A stretch of 64,000 bases of DNA, from assembly GCA_947484175.1 (NCBI GenBank), contig CANKOI010000006.1:6641-70640 (forward strand), written 5' to 3'. The notes beneath the pieces were generated by a model. That model did not search any database and was not told the origin of the DNA. It was given only the letters and a program-made list of their open reading frames with translations. The stretch is from Deltaproteobacteria bacterium (GTDB lineage: Bacteria > Myxococcota_A > UBA796 > SXON01). The position numbers were made by a program, and so were the translations under genes. Shown here one piece after another: positions 55,485 to 64,000 of this stretch. The stretch's first letter is position 1, and each line of letters begins with the position of its first letter.

Positions 55485-56429
55485 TTGCGCCTCCCTCCCG
55501 TCCCCGTCACCGTCCTCACCGGCTTCCTCGGCGCGGGGAAGACGACGCTCCTCAATCGACTGCTCGCCGATCCGACGGCACCGCCGACGGCCGTCATCGT
55601 GAACGAATTCGGGGCACTGGGCATCGACGGCCGACTGGTGGTCGGCGCAAGTGAACGGGTGGTGGAGCTGCGAAACGGCTGCATCTGCTGCGAGATCCGC
55701 GAAGATCTGCGCACGACCGCGCTGGAGCTGTTGGCGCGGCGGGAACGGTTCTTCCGACCCGCGCGGTTCACCCACCTCCTCGTCGAGAGCTCCGGCCTCG
55801 CCACGCCCGGCCCGCTCGTTCAGACCTTCCTCCTCGACCCCGAGCTCGCGGCACAGACCCGTGTCGATGGGATCGTGACCCTTGCGCACGCCGAGCATGT
55901 TGAGCGGCAGCTGCGGGAGCATCCGGAGGTGGCCGCCCAACTCGCGTGCGCGGACCTTGTGCTGCTCAACCACGCGGACCGCGCCGATGACCTCGACGCC
56001 ACCGAGGCCGCCGTGCGCAGGGTAGCGCCGCTCGCACCGGTGCTCCGATGCGTTCGCGCTGACCTGCCGCTGGCCCAGCTCCGCGACCTCGGCGGGCATG
56101 ACGCGAGCCGCTGGAGCATTCCGCTCCTCGACGAACATTCCGCTGGGATCGTCACGCGCAGCTTCCGCACGGGGGCGCCCGTGGACCTCGCCCGCATCAA
56201 GCTCTTCCTGCAGTTTGTCGCTTCGCGCCGCGGCCCGGGGCTCCTGCGGGTGAAGGGCATCTTTCACTGCCGCGGAATCCCTACAGCGGTGGTGGCGCAG
56301 GGGGTGCACCAGTGGCTGGAGCTCGGTCCGATCGAGGCGCTTGCACCGGAGGAGAGCGCGCTGGTCTTCATTGGCCGCGATCTGGACGCGGCCGAGTTGC
56401 AACGCGGATGGGAAGCCGCCACACGCTGA
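55485..56429 (+). CDS. COG0523/CobW-family G3E GTPase (metallochaperone)
   Basis: Contains GFLGAGKTTLLN and the CICCEIREDL (CxCC) motif. TTG start. Confidence 0.85.
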   Translation: MRLPPVPVTVLTGFLGAGKTTLLNRLLADPTAPPTAVIVNEFGALGIDGRLVVGASERVVELRNGCICCEIREDLRTTALELLARRERFFRPARFTHLLVESSGLATPGPLVQTFLLDPELAAQTRVDGIVTLAHAEHVERQLREHPEVAAQLACADLVLLNHADRADDLDATEAAVRRVAPLAPVLRCVRADLPLAQLRDLGGHDASRWSIPLLDEHSAGIVTRSFRTGAPVDLARIKLFLQFVASRRGPGLLRVKGIFHCRGIPTAVVAQGVHQWLELGPIEALAPEESALVFIGRDLDAAELQRGWEAATR

Positions 56430-56480
56430 CGGCGCCCGATCGGTGCGAGGGGGTTAGGCGGCGCGCCCCGGAGCGACCCG

Positions 56481-57968
56481 ATGAACGCATGGCAGAACCT
56501 CACCGAACGGGTGCGTGAGCTCGACTCGCTGGCCGGCGCCGCCGCCATCCTCGAATGGGACCAGCAGACCTACATGCCGGCCAAGGCCGCCGAGTCCAGA
56601 GGGGAACAGACCGCCCTCCTCCAAAAGATCTACCACGAACGGTTCGCGGCTCCGGAGTTCGGCGCGTGGCTGGGCGAGCTCGAAGGCGGAGAGTTGGACG
56701 CCACCCAGAAGGCGGCCGTTCGCCTGCATCGGCGGCGATACGACCGCGCAGTCAAGCTCCCGAGCGCGCTGGTCTCGGCGCTGTCGGTAGCGCGCACCGA
56801 GGGCTTTCACGCGTGGGTGTCGGCCAAGGAGGCAGACGATTACTCGCTCTTCGCGCCGAAACTGCAGCGCCTGCTCGATCTCACGCGCGAACAGGCTGCA
56901 GCGCTCGGCGAAGGCGCGGCCCACCCCTACGACGCCCTGCTCGAAGACTACGATCCCGGAAGCACGGTGGCCGACCTTCGGCCGATGTTCGATCGGCTGG
57001 GCGTGGAGATCGGCACGTTCCTCACCGCCGTGGACGGGCGCGCCCACCCCCCGCCCTTCACCGAGCGTCTCGACGAGGACGGTCAGAAACGCCTCTCGGC
57101 TCGGGTGCTCCGCGACCTCGGTTTCGACATGGAGGGCGGCCGGCTCGACAAAGCCGCCCACCCCTTCTCCACCGGGCTCGGCGTCGGCGACGTGCGGCTG
57201 ACCACCCGCTACTTCGAAGACAACGTTCTGAGCGGCCTCGGCAGCACGATTCACGAATGTGGGCACGGCATGTACGAGCAGGGTCTGCCCGCTGCGCTGG
57301 CGGGAACGGGGCTCAATCAGGCGGCGGGGATGGGCCTGCACGAGAGCCAGAGCCGCTTCTGGGAGAACTTCGTGGGCCGTTCCCTCCCCTACTTCCGCTA
57401 CCTCGCGCCCCGCATGGGCGCGATCTGGCCCGACCGCAGCTTCTCGCCCGAGAAGATGTACGCCGCCGCCAACCGGGTGCAGCGCAGCTTGATCCGCGTG
57501 GAGGCCGACGAGGCCACCTACAACCTCCACATCATCGTACGTTTCGGACTGGAGTTGGCGATCCTCGAGGGGCAGTTGCAGGCGGCCGACCTGCCCGGCG
57601 CTTGGGACGAGGCGTATGGCCGCATCGTGGGCATCACCGCGCCGAGCGCCCGCACCGGCGTGCTCCAAGACGTGCACTGGTCGAGCGGCCTGTTCGGCTA
57701 CTTCCCCAGCTACACGATCGGCAACCTGTACGCCGCGAGCTTTTCGCAGAAGATGCTGGTCGACATTCCCGGCTTCTGGTCGTTGGTGGAATCCGGCGAC
57801 TTCGCCCCCATCCTCGCATGGTTGCGCCGCCACGTGCACCAGAAGGGCAGCACGGCCACCGCGGTGGACATCTTCCGCGAGGTCGCGGGCGATCGAGACC
57901 CCGTAGCCGATCTCATGGACCACCTGTGGTCACGGCATGGCGCGCTCTATGGCGTTTCACGAAGCTGA
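56481..57968 (+). CDS. M32 carboxypeptidase (Taq-type)
   Basis: Contains IHECGHGMYEQG (HExxH), HESQSRFWEN and IRVEADEATYNLHI. Confidence 0.9.
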   Translation: MNAWQNLTERVRELDSLAGAAAILEWDQQTYMPAKAAESRGEQTALLQKIYHERFAAPEFGAWLGELEGGELDATQKAAVRLHRRRYDRAVKLPSALVSALSVARTEGFHAWVSAKEADDYSLFAPKLQRLLDLTREQAAALGEGAAHPYDALLEDYDPGSTVADLRPMFDRLGVEIGTFLTAVDGRAHPPPFTERLDEDGQKRLSARVLRDLGFDMEGGRLDKAAHPFSTGLGVGDVRLTTRYFEDNVLSGLGSTIHECGHGMYEQGLPAALAGTGLNQAAGMGLHESQSRFWENFVGRSLPYFRYLAPRMGAIWPDRSFSPEKMYAAANRVQRSLIRVEADEATYNLHIIVRFGLELAILEGQLQAADLPGAWDEAYGRIVGITAPSARTGVLQDVHWSSGLFGYFPSYTIGNLYAASFSQKMLVDIPGFWSLVESGDFAPILAWLRRHVHQKGSTATAVDIFREVAGDRDPVADLMDHLWSRHGALYGVSRS

Positions 57969-57976
57969 CCGCTACC

Positions 57977-59167
57977 ATGGGCATCATGCCCGCTGGAGTG
58001 CTGATGCTGCTCGCCTTCACAGCCGCCCTCGCCGCCGAGCCCTTCAACGACGAGGGGGTGGTGCTTCAACCTGGAGCGGAGAGCGTCTTCGCCGCCGGAG
58101 TAGGGGCGCCCACGGTGGAGTGGGACGGTACGCAGTTCCTGATGTACTTCGAGTCCCCTGCTCCCGAGCCGCAGATCCCCGAGGGCTGCGGTGGCGCCTA
58201 TCAGATTGGCCGGGCCACCTCGCCGGATGGCTTGGTCTGGACCCCCGAGACCCTGCCCAGTTTCAGTTTCGGCGGGGCCGAGGGGACCACCCGGTACTGC
58301 TCGGTGGCGCAGCCCGCGGTGCTGTTCGACGGCACGCTGTGGAACCTGTTCTGGAGTTCTTCTCGGGAGCCCGCCGCAGGTTCAACTGCCAACCAACCGA
58401 CCGGGATCGGATGGGCCACAAGCAGCGATGGGCTCACCTGGAATGTGCAGGCCGAAACTCTCGTTCCGTTCACCGGAACCGCCATGGGCCTCGCCAGCGC
58501 CGCGGCGGTGAACGGGCTCGTCTACCTCATCTGGTCGGAGTACCCGAACCTGTTCGTGATTACACGGCCCGCCAAGGGCGGGGCATGGTCCCCGCCGATG
58601 TTGGCGATCGACCACGAGCTGCTCGGCGACTGGGGTTCGGAGTGGGCGCTCGGGCCCTCCATCGTTTGCGCCGCAGAGAGCGCCGCGCCGCTGAGGATGC
58701 TGTTCGGTGCCGATCAGGCGGAGACGTTCTCGCGTAGCCTCGCTTGGGCCACCACCACCGACGGTTCCACGTGGACCGTCGACGAGGCGGGCCCGCTCAC
58801 CGGCGGCACCCTCGAGTACGGGGCCCTCAACCACTGGGAGGCACTCAGCTACGACGGCGGCGGAACACGGCTGTGGTACAGCCGTTCAGACACCGAGACC
58901 GGGACGAAGTTCATCGGCTCCGCCTGGTCGGGTGCCGCAGGTGGCGAACCGCAGCCCCGGCTGTGCCCCAACCCCTACGCCCCGGCCGACACTGGCCTCC
59001 CCGACGACTCCGGTGCCGCCGACACGGCCGACACCCAAGGCGGCACCGACACCAACACCCCCGGCCTCCAGCCCGACGGCTGCGGGTGCAACGGAGCTGC
59101 TGAGAGAGGCGCCAGCGTGGTGGGCGTGGCGGCTCTCGCGCTGGCCGCCATGCGCAGGCGCCGCTGA
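57977..59167 (+). CDS. secreted BNR/Asp-box beta-propeller protein with MYXO-CTERM-like tail
   Basis: Signal peptide, Asp-boxes SPDGLVW, SSDGLTW and TTDGSTW, and the ending GCGCNGAAERGASVVGVAALALAAMRRRR. It is the 3' part of the 870-aa track ORF. Confidence 0.7.
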   Translation: MGIMPAGVLMLLAFTAALAAEPFNDEGVVLQPGAESVFAAGVGAPTVEWDGTQFLMYFESPAPEPQIPEGCGGAYQIGRATSPDGLVWTPETLPSFSFGGAEGTTRYCSVAQPAVLFDGTLWNLFWSSSREPAAGSTANQPTGIGWATSSDGLTWNVQAETLVPFTGTAMGLASAAAVNGLVYLIWSEYPNLFVITRPAKGGAWSPPMLAIDHELLGDWGSEWALGPSIVCAAESAAPLRMLFGADQAETFSRSLAWATTTDGSTWTVDEAGPLTGGTLEYGALNHWEALSYDGGGTRLWYSRSDTETGTKFIGSAWSGAAGGEPQPRLCPNPYAPADTGLPDDSGAADTADTQGGTDTNTPGLQPDGCGCNGAAERGASVVGVAALALAAMRRRR

Positions 59168-59254
59168 ACGCACGGCGGCTGCGCGGGTAGGAGAGGAGAT
59201 TACGGGCCGCTCCGGTCCGTTTCGGATACGCAACAGGCCGGTCGGAGATTGAAG

Positions 59255-59515
59255 ATGGGACTCGGCGGCTGGGAATGGGGGGTCATCCTCCTAATTGTGT
59301 TGATCTTCTTCGGCGCGGGGAAACTCCCCGACGTGTTCCGGCAGGCCGGTAAGGGCATCAAGGCCTTCAAGGATGCCTCGGAAGGCAAAGGCGAGGGAGA
59401 GGACGGGGAGGGCGACGCCCCCCCGAAAAAGAAGCCGCGGGAGCTCGCCGCGGGCGACGACCTCGACGACGAACCTGCGCGCGACAAGGCTTCCTCCTCC
59501 AAAAAGGAGAGCTGA
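59255..59515 (+). CDS. tatA: twin-arginine translocase subunit TatA/E
   Basis: MGLGGWEWGVILLIVLIFFGAGKLPDVFRQAGKGIKAFK. GGAG lies 7 nt upstream of the ATG at 59255. Confidence 0.9.
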   Translation: MGLGGWEWGVILLIVLIFFGAGKLPDVFRQAGKGIKAFKDASEGKGEGEDGEGDAPPKKKPRELAAGDDLDDEPARDKASSSKKES

Positions 59516-59521
59516 GGCGCC

Positions 59522-60304
59522 TCAGCCACCCCCGAGCAGCAGCCTGGCCTCTGCCCGAAGTTCGCACGAAACGGCCCCACTGTCGCGCATCGCGCGCAGG
59601 TCCTGCCGCAGAAGCGTTCGCACGAGCTGTCGCGCGAGCGTGGTCGGGGAGCACGGGTTGAAGGCGAGGGCCTTCCTCACGCGGTAGCTCCGCGACCACC
59701 GGGCGCTCTCCGCAACGGCTTGGAGAACCTCCGGCGCCGTGGGGCGGAGGGCGGCGATCTTCACGGCGTCACGCTCCACGAGGCACGGATTGTCGAGTAG
59801 AGCGCGAATCACCTGGGGGTCGCGGTCGTGCAACAGCCGGTCGATCACCACCCGCTCGCGGGCCCGGGCGGCCTGTTTGCGTGTGCCCGCGGGCAGGTCG
59901 AGGTGGGGGTTGTTCGCCGGTTCGTCGACCTTCTTCGGCGGGCGCGTGCCCAAGAGCCGATCGGCCACAGCGTTGAACTCACCGGCGCGAGCGGCCGTGT
60001 AGAGCTCGGTTCGACGCGCGTACGGGAGATCGTGCACCACGTTGGGATCCAGAGCCAGTTCCGTCAACATCCAGCGCGCATCCCCTTCCCCGTTGCGGGC
60101 GCGAACGTCCACGCGATCAAGAACGGCAATCAGCGAGGCATCGTCGAAGCCTTCGAGGCCCTCCCGCAGCACGGTGTGCCGCAGGCGCGTGTCGCTCACC
60201 GACCGAAATAGGCGCAACCAAGGGTCGAGGAGGAAGTCGACCTGTTCCGGCTGGGCGCGGTACCGCTCGAGCTGGCCGAGCACCCATGGGTGCGCACTGG
60301 ACAT
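59522..60304 (-). CDS. hypothetical helical-repeat protein
   Basis: Good coding composition and repeated motifs of the LLDNPCLVERDAV / LAFNPCSPTTLA type. No family recognised. Confidence 0.5.
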   Translation of the reverse strand: MSSAHPWVLGQLERYRAQPEQVDFLLDPWLRLFRSVSDTRLRHTVLREGLEGFDDASLIAVLDRVDVRARNGEGDARWMLTELALDPNVVHDLPYARRTELYTAARAGEFNAVADRLLGTRPPKKVDEPANNPHLDLPAGTRKQAARARERVVIDRLLHDRDPQVIRALLDNPCLVERDAVKIAALRPTAPEVLQAVAESARWSRSYRVRKALAFNPCSPTTLARQLVRTLLRQDLRAMRDSGAVSCELRAEARLLLGGG

Positions 60305-60344
60305 GGCCCAATCCTACCACTCGCGGCCGCGATATTAGCGTGCG

Positions 60345-60695
60345 ATGTGGCTCGTCCTGCTCACTCTCGCCTGCGCCCCCGAGAATCCCACTGCGGCAAG
60401 CGACTGCTCGTGGGTTCTGAGCAGCGGGGAGAAGAAGAACTGCATGGTGGCCGTGGCGCTGGCCACCTTCCGTACCGACGCCGCGGCCGGGGTGGCGTTC
60501 ACCGAGTCACAGGTCGCTGACGAAGTGCAGCGGGATTTCATCTTTCTGCAGGCGGTCAACGAGATTCCTTCGGCCGACCCGCGCCTCTGCGAGAAGATCG
60601 TGTCGGACACGTTCCGAGCGGCGTGTGAGGTCGCCGCCCGGCGGCCGCACCTCAAGTCGCCCGGGATTCGGAGAGTCCCCCCCGCCTTACCCTGA
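60345..60695 (+). CDS. small lipoprotein, unknown function
   Basis: MWLVLLTLAC lipobox. Confidence 0.5.
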   Translation: MWLVLLTLACAPENPTAASDCSWVLSSGEKKNCMVAVALATFRTDAAAGVAFTESQVADEVQRDFIFLQAVNEIPSADPRLCEKIVSDTFRAACEVAARRPHLKSPGIRRVPPALP

Positions 60696-60823
60696 CCGCA
60701 AGAGAATGGAGGAGACGCTTAAGTGCCGGTTGAAGCGGGGTCGGGGGGGACCAAGTCCGAAACTCAACTCAAGCATAGGCGCTCTGGGCAGAACCCGCAA
60801 GGATTACTTCCCAACGGCTGCGC

Positions 60824-61987
60824 TCACTCGGCCGCCGTCAGCTCGCTCACCCCCCACCCGGCCGGCGTTCGCAGGGGCGACTCGGCATCCTCCGGCAAGA
60901 GCCATCCTTCTGGAGAATCGAGGACGAGCGGGGCGTTCACGGAATTCTCGTCGGCGAGTCCGCTCCACGTGCTGCCGGGATTGAGCCGAACCCAGGCCGC
61001 TCCCGCTTGCAGCAGTGCTTGGCCGAATCCAAAGAGGTGGGGATGGTCTTCGAGCTCCGGGACCGCATGGTCGCTTTCGCTGCCGAGCAGCATGAACCGA
61101 AGGGCGGGGAAGCGCGCCACGACGGCAGATGCAACCCGCGCGGCATCCCGTTCACCCCAGAAGAGCTCCGATTCCTCGGGCGTGGACCAGTCCGGAGCCG
61201 TGGCCCCTGCGAGCTCCGCAGCGGTGAGCAGGGTGGACGACAGCGCGCGCAGCCCGGTGGTCTCATCTACCGTCCCGGAGAACGCTACGTCACCGAAGCA
61301 CCCGCCATCTCCACCTAGATCGAAACATCGTTCGTCTTCCTCGGCGCCGAAACCAAGGTCGGGAAGGTCACATCGGATGGCCGAACCGCTGTCCAAGCGG
61401 CAGGCGCCCGGGGCGTACAAGGAGTCGTCCCCCATGAACTCGTGGTTCACGAACTGGGCGCCGGCGGGGGTCTCCCACGTGAGCACGCCATCGAGCTCGG
61501 GCACGTCGAGGGCGGAGTCGGCGAGCGTGGCAAGGGCAAGGTTTCCGCCGTTGCTCATCCCGAACAGCACCACCCGATCGGGGTCGGCCTCCGGCGCGCG
61601 GTCCACGATCGAGCAGCCCCCGGCGTCTCGCTCGCGGCCGGTCGCGTAGCGGAGCGCGGTAGCGACGGCCGCGCGACCTTGGGCCCCGCGCCGGTCGTCC
61701 TCCCCATCCCCCCATCCCTCATCGGCCAATGCAGGCCGCACAACCACCGTGCCGTCCGGCACTACCCCCGAACTCTCACTCACAGCCGAGGGCGCCCACC
61801 CCCCAAAAATCTGCACCACCACCGGCAGGGATGCCACCGCGACTTCCGGCCTGACCATGCGAGCGCCGAGCCGCTGCCCCTGGTCCTCCAACTCGATGCC
61901 CACGCCATCGGTGCCTGAGACCGACACCGTCGCGATCATGCAGGGGTGGGCCTCCTCGCAGGCGAGGAAGGACAGCAGCAGGGTCAC
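60824..61987 (-). CDS. alpha/beta-hydrolase-fold lipoprotein
   Basis: The GTG at 61987 overlaps the upstream stop (GTGA) and gives VTLLLSFLAC. Nucleophile elbow LFGMSNGG. Confidence 0.6.
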   Translation of the reverse strand: MTLLLSFLACEEAHPCMIATVSVSGTDGVGIELEDQGQRLGARMVRPEVAVASLPVVVQIFGGWAPSAVSESSGVVPDGTVVVRPALADEGWGDGEDDRRGAQGRAAVATALRYATGRERDAGGCSIVDRAPEADPDRVVLFGMSNGGNLALATLADSALDVPELDGVLTWETPAGAQFVNHEFMGDDSLYAPGACRLDSGSAIRCDLPDLGFGAEEDERCFDLGGDGGCFGDVAFSGTVDETTGLRALSSTLLTAAELAGATAPDWSTPEESELFWGERDAARVASAVVARFPALRFMLLGSESDHAVPELEDHPHLFGFGQALLQAGAAWVRLNPGSTWSGLADENSVNAPLVLDSPEGWLLPEDAESPLRTPAGWGVSELTAAE

Positions 61988-62613
61988 GCCGACGCGGCCG
62001 ATGGCGGCTCGGGGAGCTCCCCGTTCCAGCCCAAGCAGAACGCTGGCGGCGGAGGCACGCTCAACAGCAGGCGGTCCGTGCCGCCGGGCCACGGCAACCG
62101 CAGCCACCACGCGTGAAGGGCGAGCGGGAAGCCCGCCGGACCGCCATACGCCTCGTCGCCGAGCAGAGGTGCTCCGGAGGCGGCGAGGTGGGCACGCACC
62201 TGATGGGTGCGCCCCGTTTCGGGAAACGCCTCGATCAGCAGCCGCCGACCCTGACGGCCGCGCACCCGCCACCGCGTGAGCGCGGCCTTGCCACTCCCCA
62301 CCTGCACGCGCCCGCGTTTCCACTCCCCTAAGGGCAGCGTACACTCCCCCTCATCCGCCAACTCCCCCTCCCCAACCGCGAGGTAGCCCTTCTCTACGCG
62401 ACGTTCGGCGAACGCGGCGTTCACGCTTCGCTGGCCGGTCGCGCTCTGCGCCATCACGAGCACACCGCTGGTGTCGGCGTCGAGCCGATGGCACACCCAC
62501 AATCCCGTCTCCTGCGCCACCGAAGGACCCCCATCCCGGGGCGGCATGGTGGGAAGGCCAGCCGGCTTGTTGAACACCACCAGATGCCGGTCGCTGTAGA
62601 GCACGGGAAGCAC
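61984..62613 (-). CDS. RluA-family pseudouridine synthase (no S4 domain)
   Basis: Contains VVFNKPAGLPT and HRLDADTSGVLVMA. Confidence 0.8.
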   Translation of the reverse strand: MLPVLYSDRHLVVFNKPAGLPTMPPRDGGPSVAQETGLWVCHRLDADTSGVLVMAQSATGQRSVNAAFAERRVEKGYLAVGEGELADEGECTLPLGEWKRGRVQVGSGKAALTRWRVRGRQGRRLLIEAFPETGRTHQVRAHLAASGAPLLGDEAYGGPAGFPLALHAWWLRLPWPGGTDRLLLSVPPPPAFCLGWNGELPEPPSAASA

Positions 62614-62633
62614 GGCGTTACATACCCTGGCAA

Positions 62634-64000
62634 ATGACCGCCCGGCTCCTCCCCCCCGACCAGCTTACCTGGCGGCTCCCCGACAACTCCCTCGCATTCA
62701 CCACCACGGCGGAGGTGAAGCCGCTGAACACCTTCATCGGGCAGGACCCTGCGCTCGCGGCGATCCGCCGAGCGGTGGCGATCCGCGGTCCGGGCTTCAA
62801 CGTTTTCGTTTCAGGGCCTCGATCCACCGGCCGCCTCGGGAGCATCGGTCGCATCCTCGAGGAGCTCGCACCGCCGCGGCGCGCCGCCCGCGACTTCGTC
62901 TACGTGCGGAACTTCGTGGACGACGCGCGACCCAAACTCCTCGTCTTTCCCCCAGGACGAGGATTGGCGTTCCGCAAGGAGCTGTTGCGGGTCGCCGCGA
63001 TGCTCCTCGAGGAAGTTCCCCGGCTCCTCAATCGTGATGACGTTCGTGTGCGCCGAGAGAGCATCCGGCAAGCCGCCGAGTTGGCCCAACACAAAGCAAT
63101 TGGCGCCATCGAGGACCAGGCTGACGAGTGGGGCTTCATGCTCGCGGCAGTGGACGACGACGAGGGCCCCGGCCGTCCCGGGGTACTCTGGCGCGGCCCC
63201 CTGCCCCCCGACGACAAGGAGTCCGACGCCGACGACGACCACCTGTTGACCCGGGCAGAGCTGCAACTCGGCGTGGAAGCGGGCGACGTTGTGCTTGAGG
63301 ACGGGCTCGCAGCCGTGCTCGCCCGCTGGGACGACCTCGAGAGCCGACTCGCCAAAGGGCTCGACGACGCGCGCTCGCAGCTTCTCTTCGCGATGCGCTC
63401 GGTCACGGAGGCCGAGGCCATTGCCGTGCGGGGAGGCGTGGCGCCGGTGATGCGAGAGCTCTCGCGACGGTGGACTGTTGCGCGCGCGTGGCTGGGGGAA
63501 CTCCTCGATGAGTTGGTGGAGTCTCCAGAGTGGTTCGCCGCTGAGGAGCCCGACCACGAGTCCCTGTTCTCCGCCTTCGGAGCCAACTTGGTGCACCTCG
63601 GGAGGCGCTCTAGGAAGGCCCCGCTCGTGACCGTGCCGAACCCCACCTGGGCGCAACTCCTTGGCGGCCTGGAAGGGGAGCCGGGTTCGGTGGACCACCG
63701 CTCGATCCGCGGTGGCGCGCTTCTCGACGCCGATGGAGGATGGCTGCTGATCAACGCATCCGACCTCTTGCAGGAGCCGGGCGTGTGGAAGGTGCTGAAG
63801 CGGGCGCTCATCGGCCGCGAGCTCGACGTGCAGAACCCGGAGGGTCCCGGCGGGGGCGGCACGGGCCTGCGGCCCGACCCCCTTCCCCTCGACGTGAAAG
63901 TGGTCCTCGCCGGCGAAGCTTCGATCTTCGGGGCCTTGTTCTACGGCGACCCCGACTTCCGGAACCTCTTCAAAATCAAGGCGGAGTTCGAAGAGGACGC
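62634..64000 (+). CDS. Lon-related AAA+ protease (AAA_32/YcbZ-like), 3' end outside the window
   Basis: This open frame from ATG 62634 is absent from the track because it has no stop in the window. It reads MTARLLPPDQLTWRLPDNSLAFTTTAEVKPLNTFIGQDPALAAIRRAV...GFNVFVSGPRSTGR... and later GGALLDADGGWLLINASDLL...LDVKVVLAG...DPDFRNLFKIKAEF. Confidence 0.7.
   Translation, partial: MTARLLPPDQLTWRLPDNSLAFTTTAEVKPLNTFIGQDPALAAIRRAVAIRGPGFNVFVSGPRSTGRLGSIGRILEELAPPRRAARDFVYVRNFVDDARPKLLVFPPGRGLAFRKELLRVAAMLLEEVPRLLNRDDVRVRRESIRQAAELAQHKAIGAIEDQADEWGFMLAAVDDDEGPGRPGVLWRGPLPPDDKESDADDDHLLTRAELQLGVEAGDVVLEDGLAAVLARWDDLESRLAKGLDDARSQLLFAMRSVTEAEAIAVRGGVAPVMRELSRRWTVARAWLGELLDELVESPEWFAAEEPDHESLFSAFGANLVHLGRRSRKAPLVTVPNPTWAQLLGGLEGEPGSVDHRSIRGGALLDADGGWLLINASDLLQEPGVWKVLKRALIGRELDVQNPEGPGGGGTGLRPDPLPLDVKVVLAGEASIFGALFYGDPDFRNLFKIKAEFEED

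Noticed and set aside
56555-59167. 870-aa plus-strand ORF
   Set aside because: The first 474 codons are an alternative frame of the M32 carboxypeptidase gene and give Arg/Pro-rich noise. Only the part from ATG 57977, which has a signal peptide, is credible.
62634-64000. Lon-like protease as the BrxL component of a BREX defence system; also the STAND-like ATPase at 9593..12130 as an Avs-type defence gene
   Set aside because: No methyltransferase, PglZ, BrxA/B/C or other defence genes are visible next to the Lon-like gene; its neighbours are housekeeping genes. The ATPase-TPR protein has no effector domain. The region downstream of 64000 cannot be seen.

Overview
This is a very GC-rich bacterial chromosomal segment. 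Third codon positions are almost all G/C, so the six-frame track is full of long spurious antisense ORFs. I support about 70 protein genes, one tRNA-Arg(CCU), six sigma-28-type promoters, one sigma-70-type promoter, two clear intrinsic terminators and a few short coding tandem repeats. I saw no transposase, integrase, CRISPR array or rRNA. Two secreted proteins end in MYXO-CTERM-like tails (GC[SG]C, hydrophobic stretch, RRRR), and at least 14 genes encode lipoproteins with acidic linkers after the lipobox. Together these point to Myxococcota; this is an inference, not a computed placement. Left part (1-34.7 kb): bioB-bioF, a lipoprotein/MoxR/DUF58/transglutaminase operon, a STAND-like ATPase-TPR protein, lipid and sugar enzymes, a ComEC-type MBL/DUF3006/ComEA module, a sigma-54 two-component pair, PpiC-surA-pdxA and hflX. 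Centre (34.7-46.7 kb, all on the minus strand): a late flagellar block with flgJ-flgM-flgN-flgK-flgL, two tandem flagellins, fliD-fliS and flgB-flgC-fliE. Three unassigned genes (a 102-aa protein, a beta-barrel OMP and a 716-aa AMIN-like/TPR protein) are translationally coupled into the fliD-fliS operon. Directly upstream on the same strand (46.7-54.9 kb) is a tight unassigned cluster: B12-type radical SAM, lipoprotein, sulfotransferase, membrane protein, small RHH-like protein and two alkaline-phosphatase-superfamily paralogs. Right part: COG0523 GTPase, M32 carboxypeptidase, a BNR/MYXO-CTERM protein, tatA, an RluA-type synthase and a 3'-truncated Lon-like protease. The best candidates for something undescribed are the three-gene insert in the flagellar operon and the radical-SAM/sulfotransferase/AlkP cluster next to flgJ. 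All family calls come from motif recognition by eye; no database search was run.
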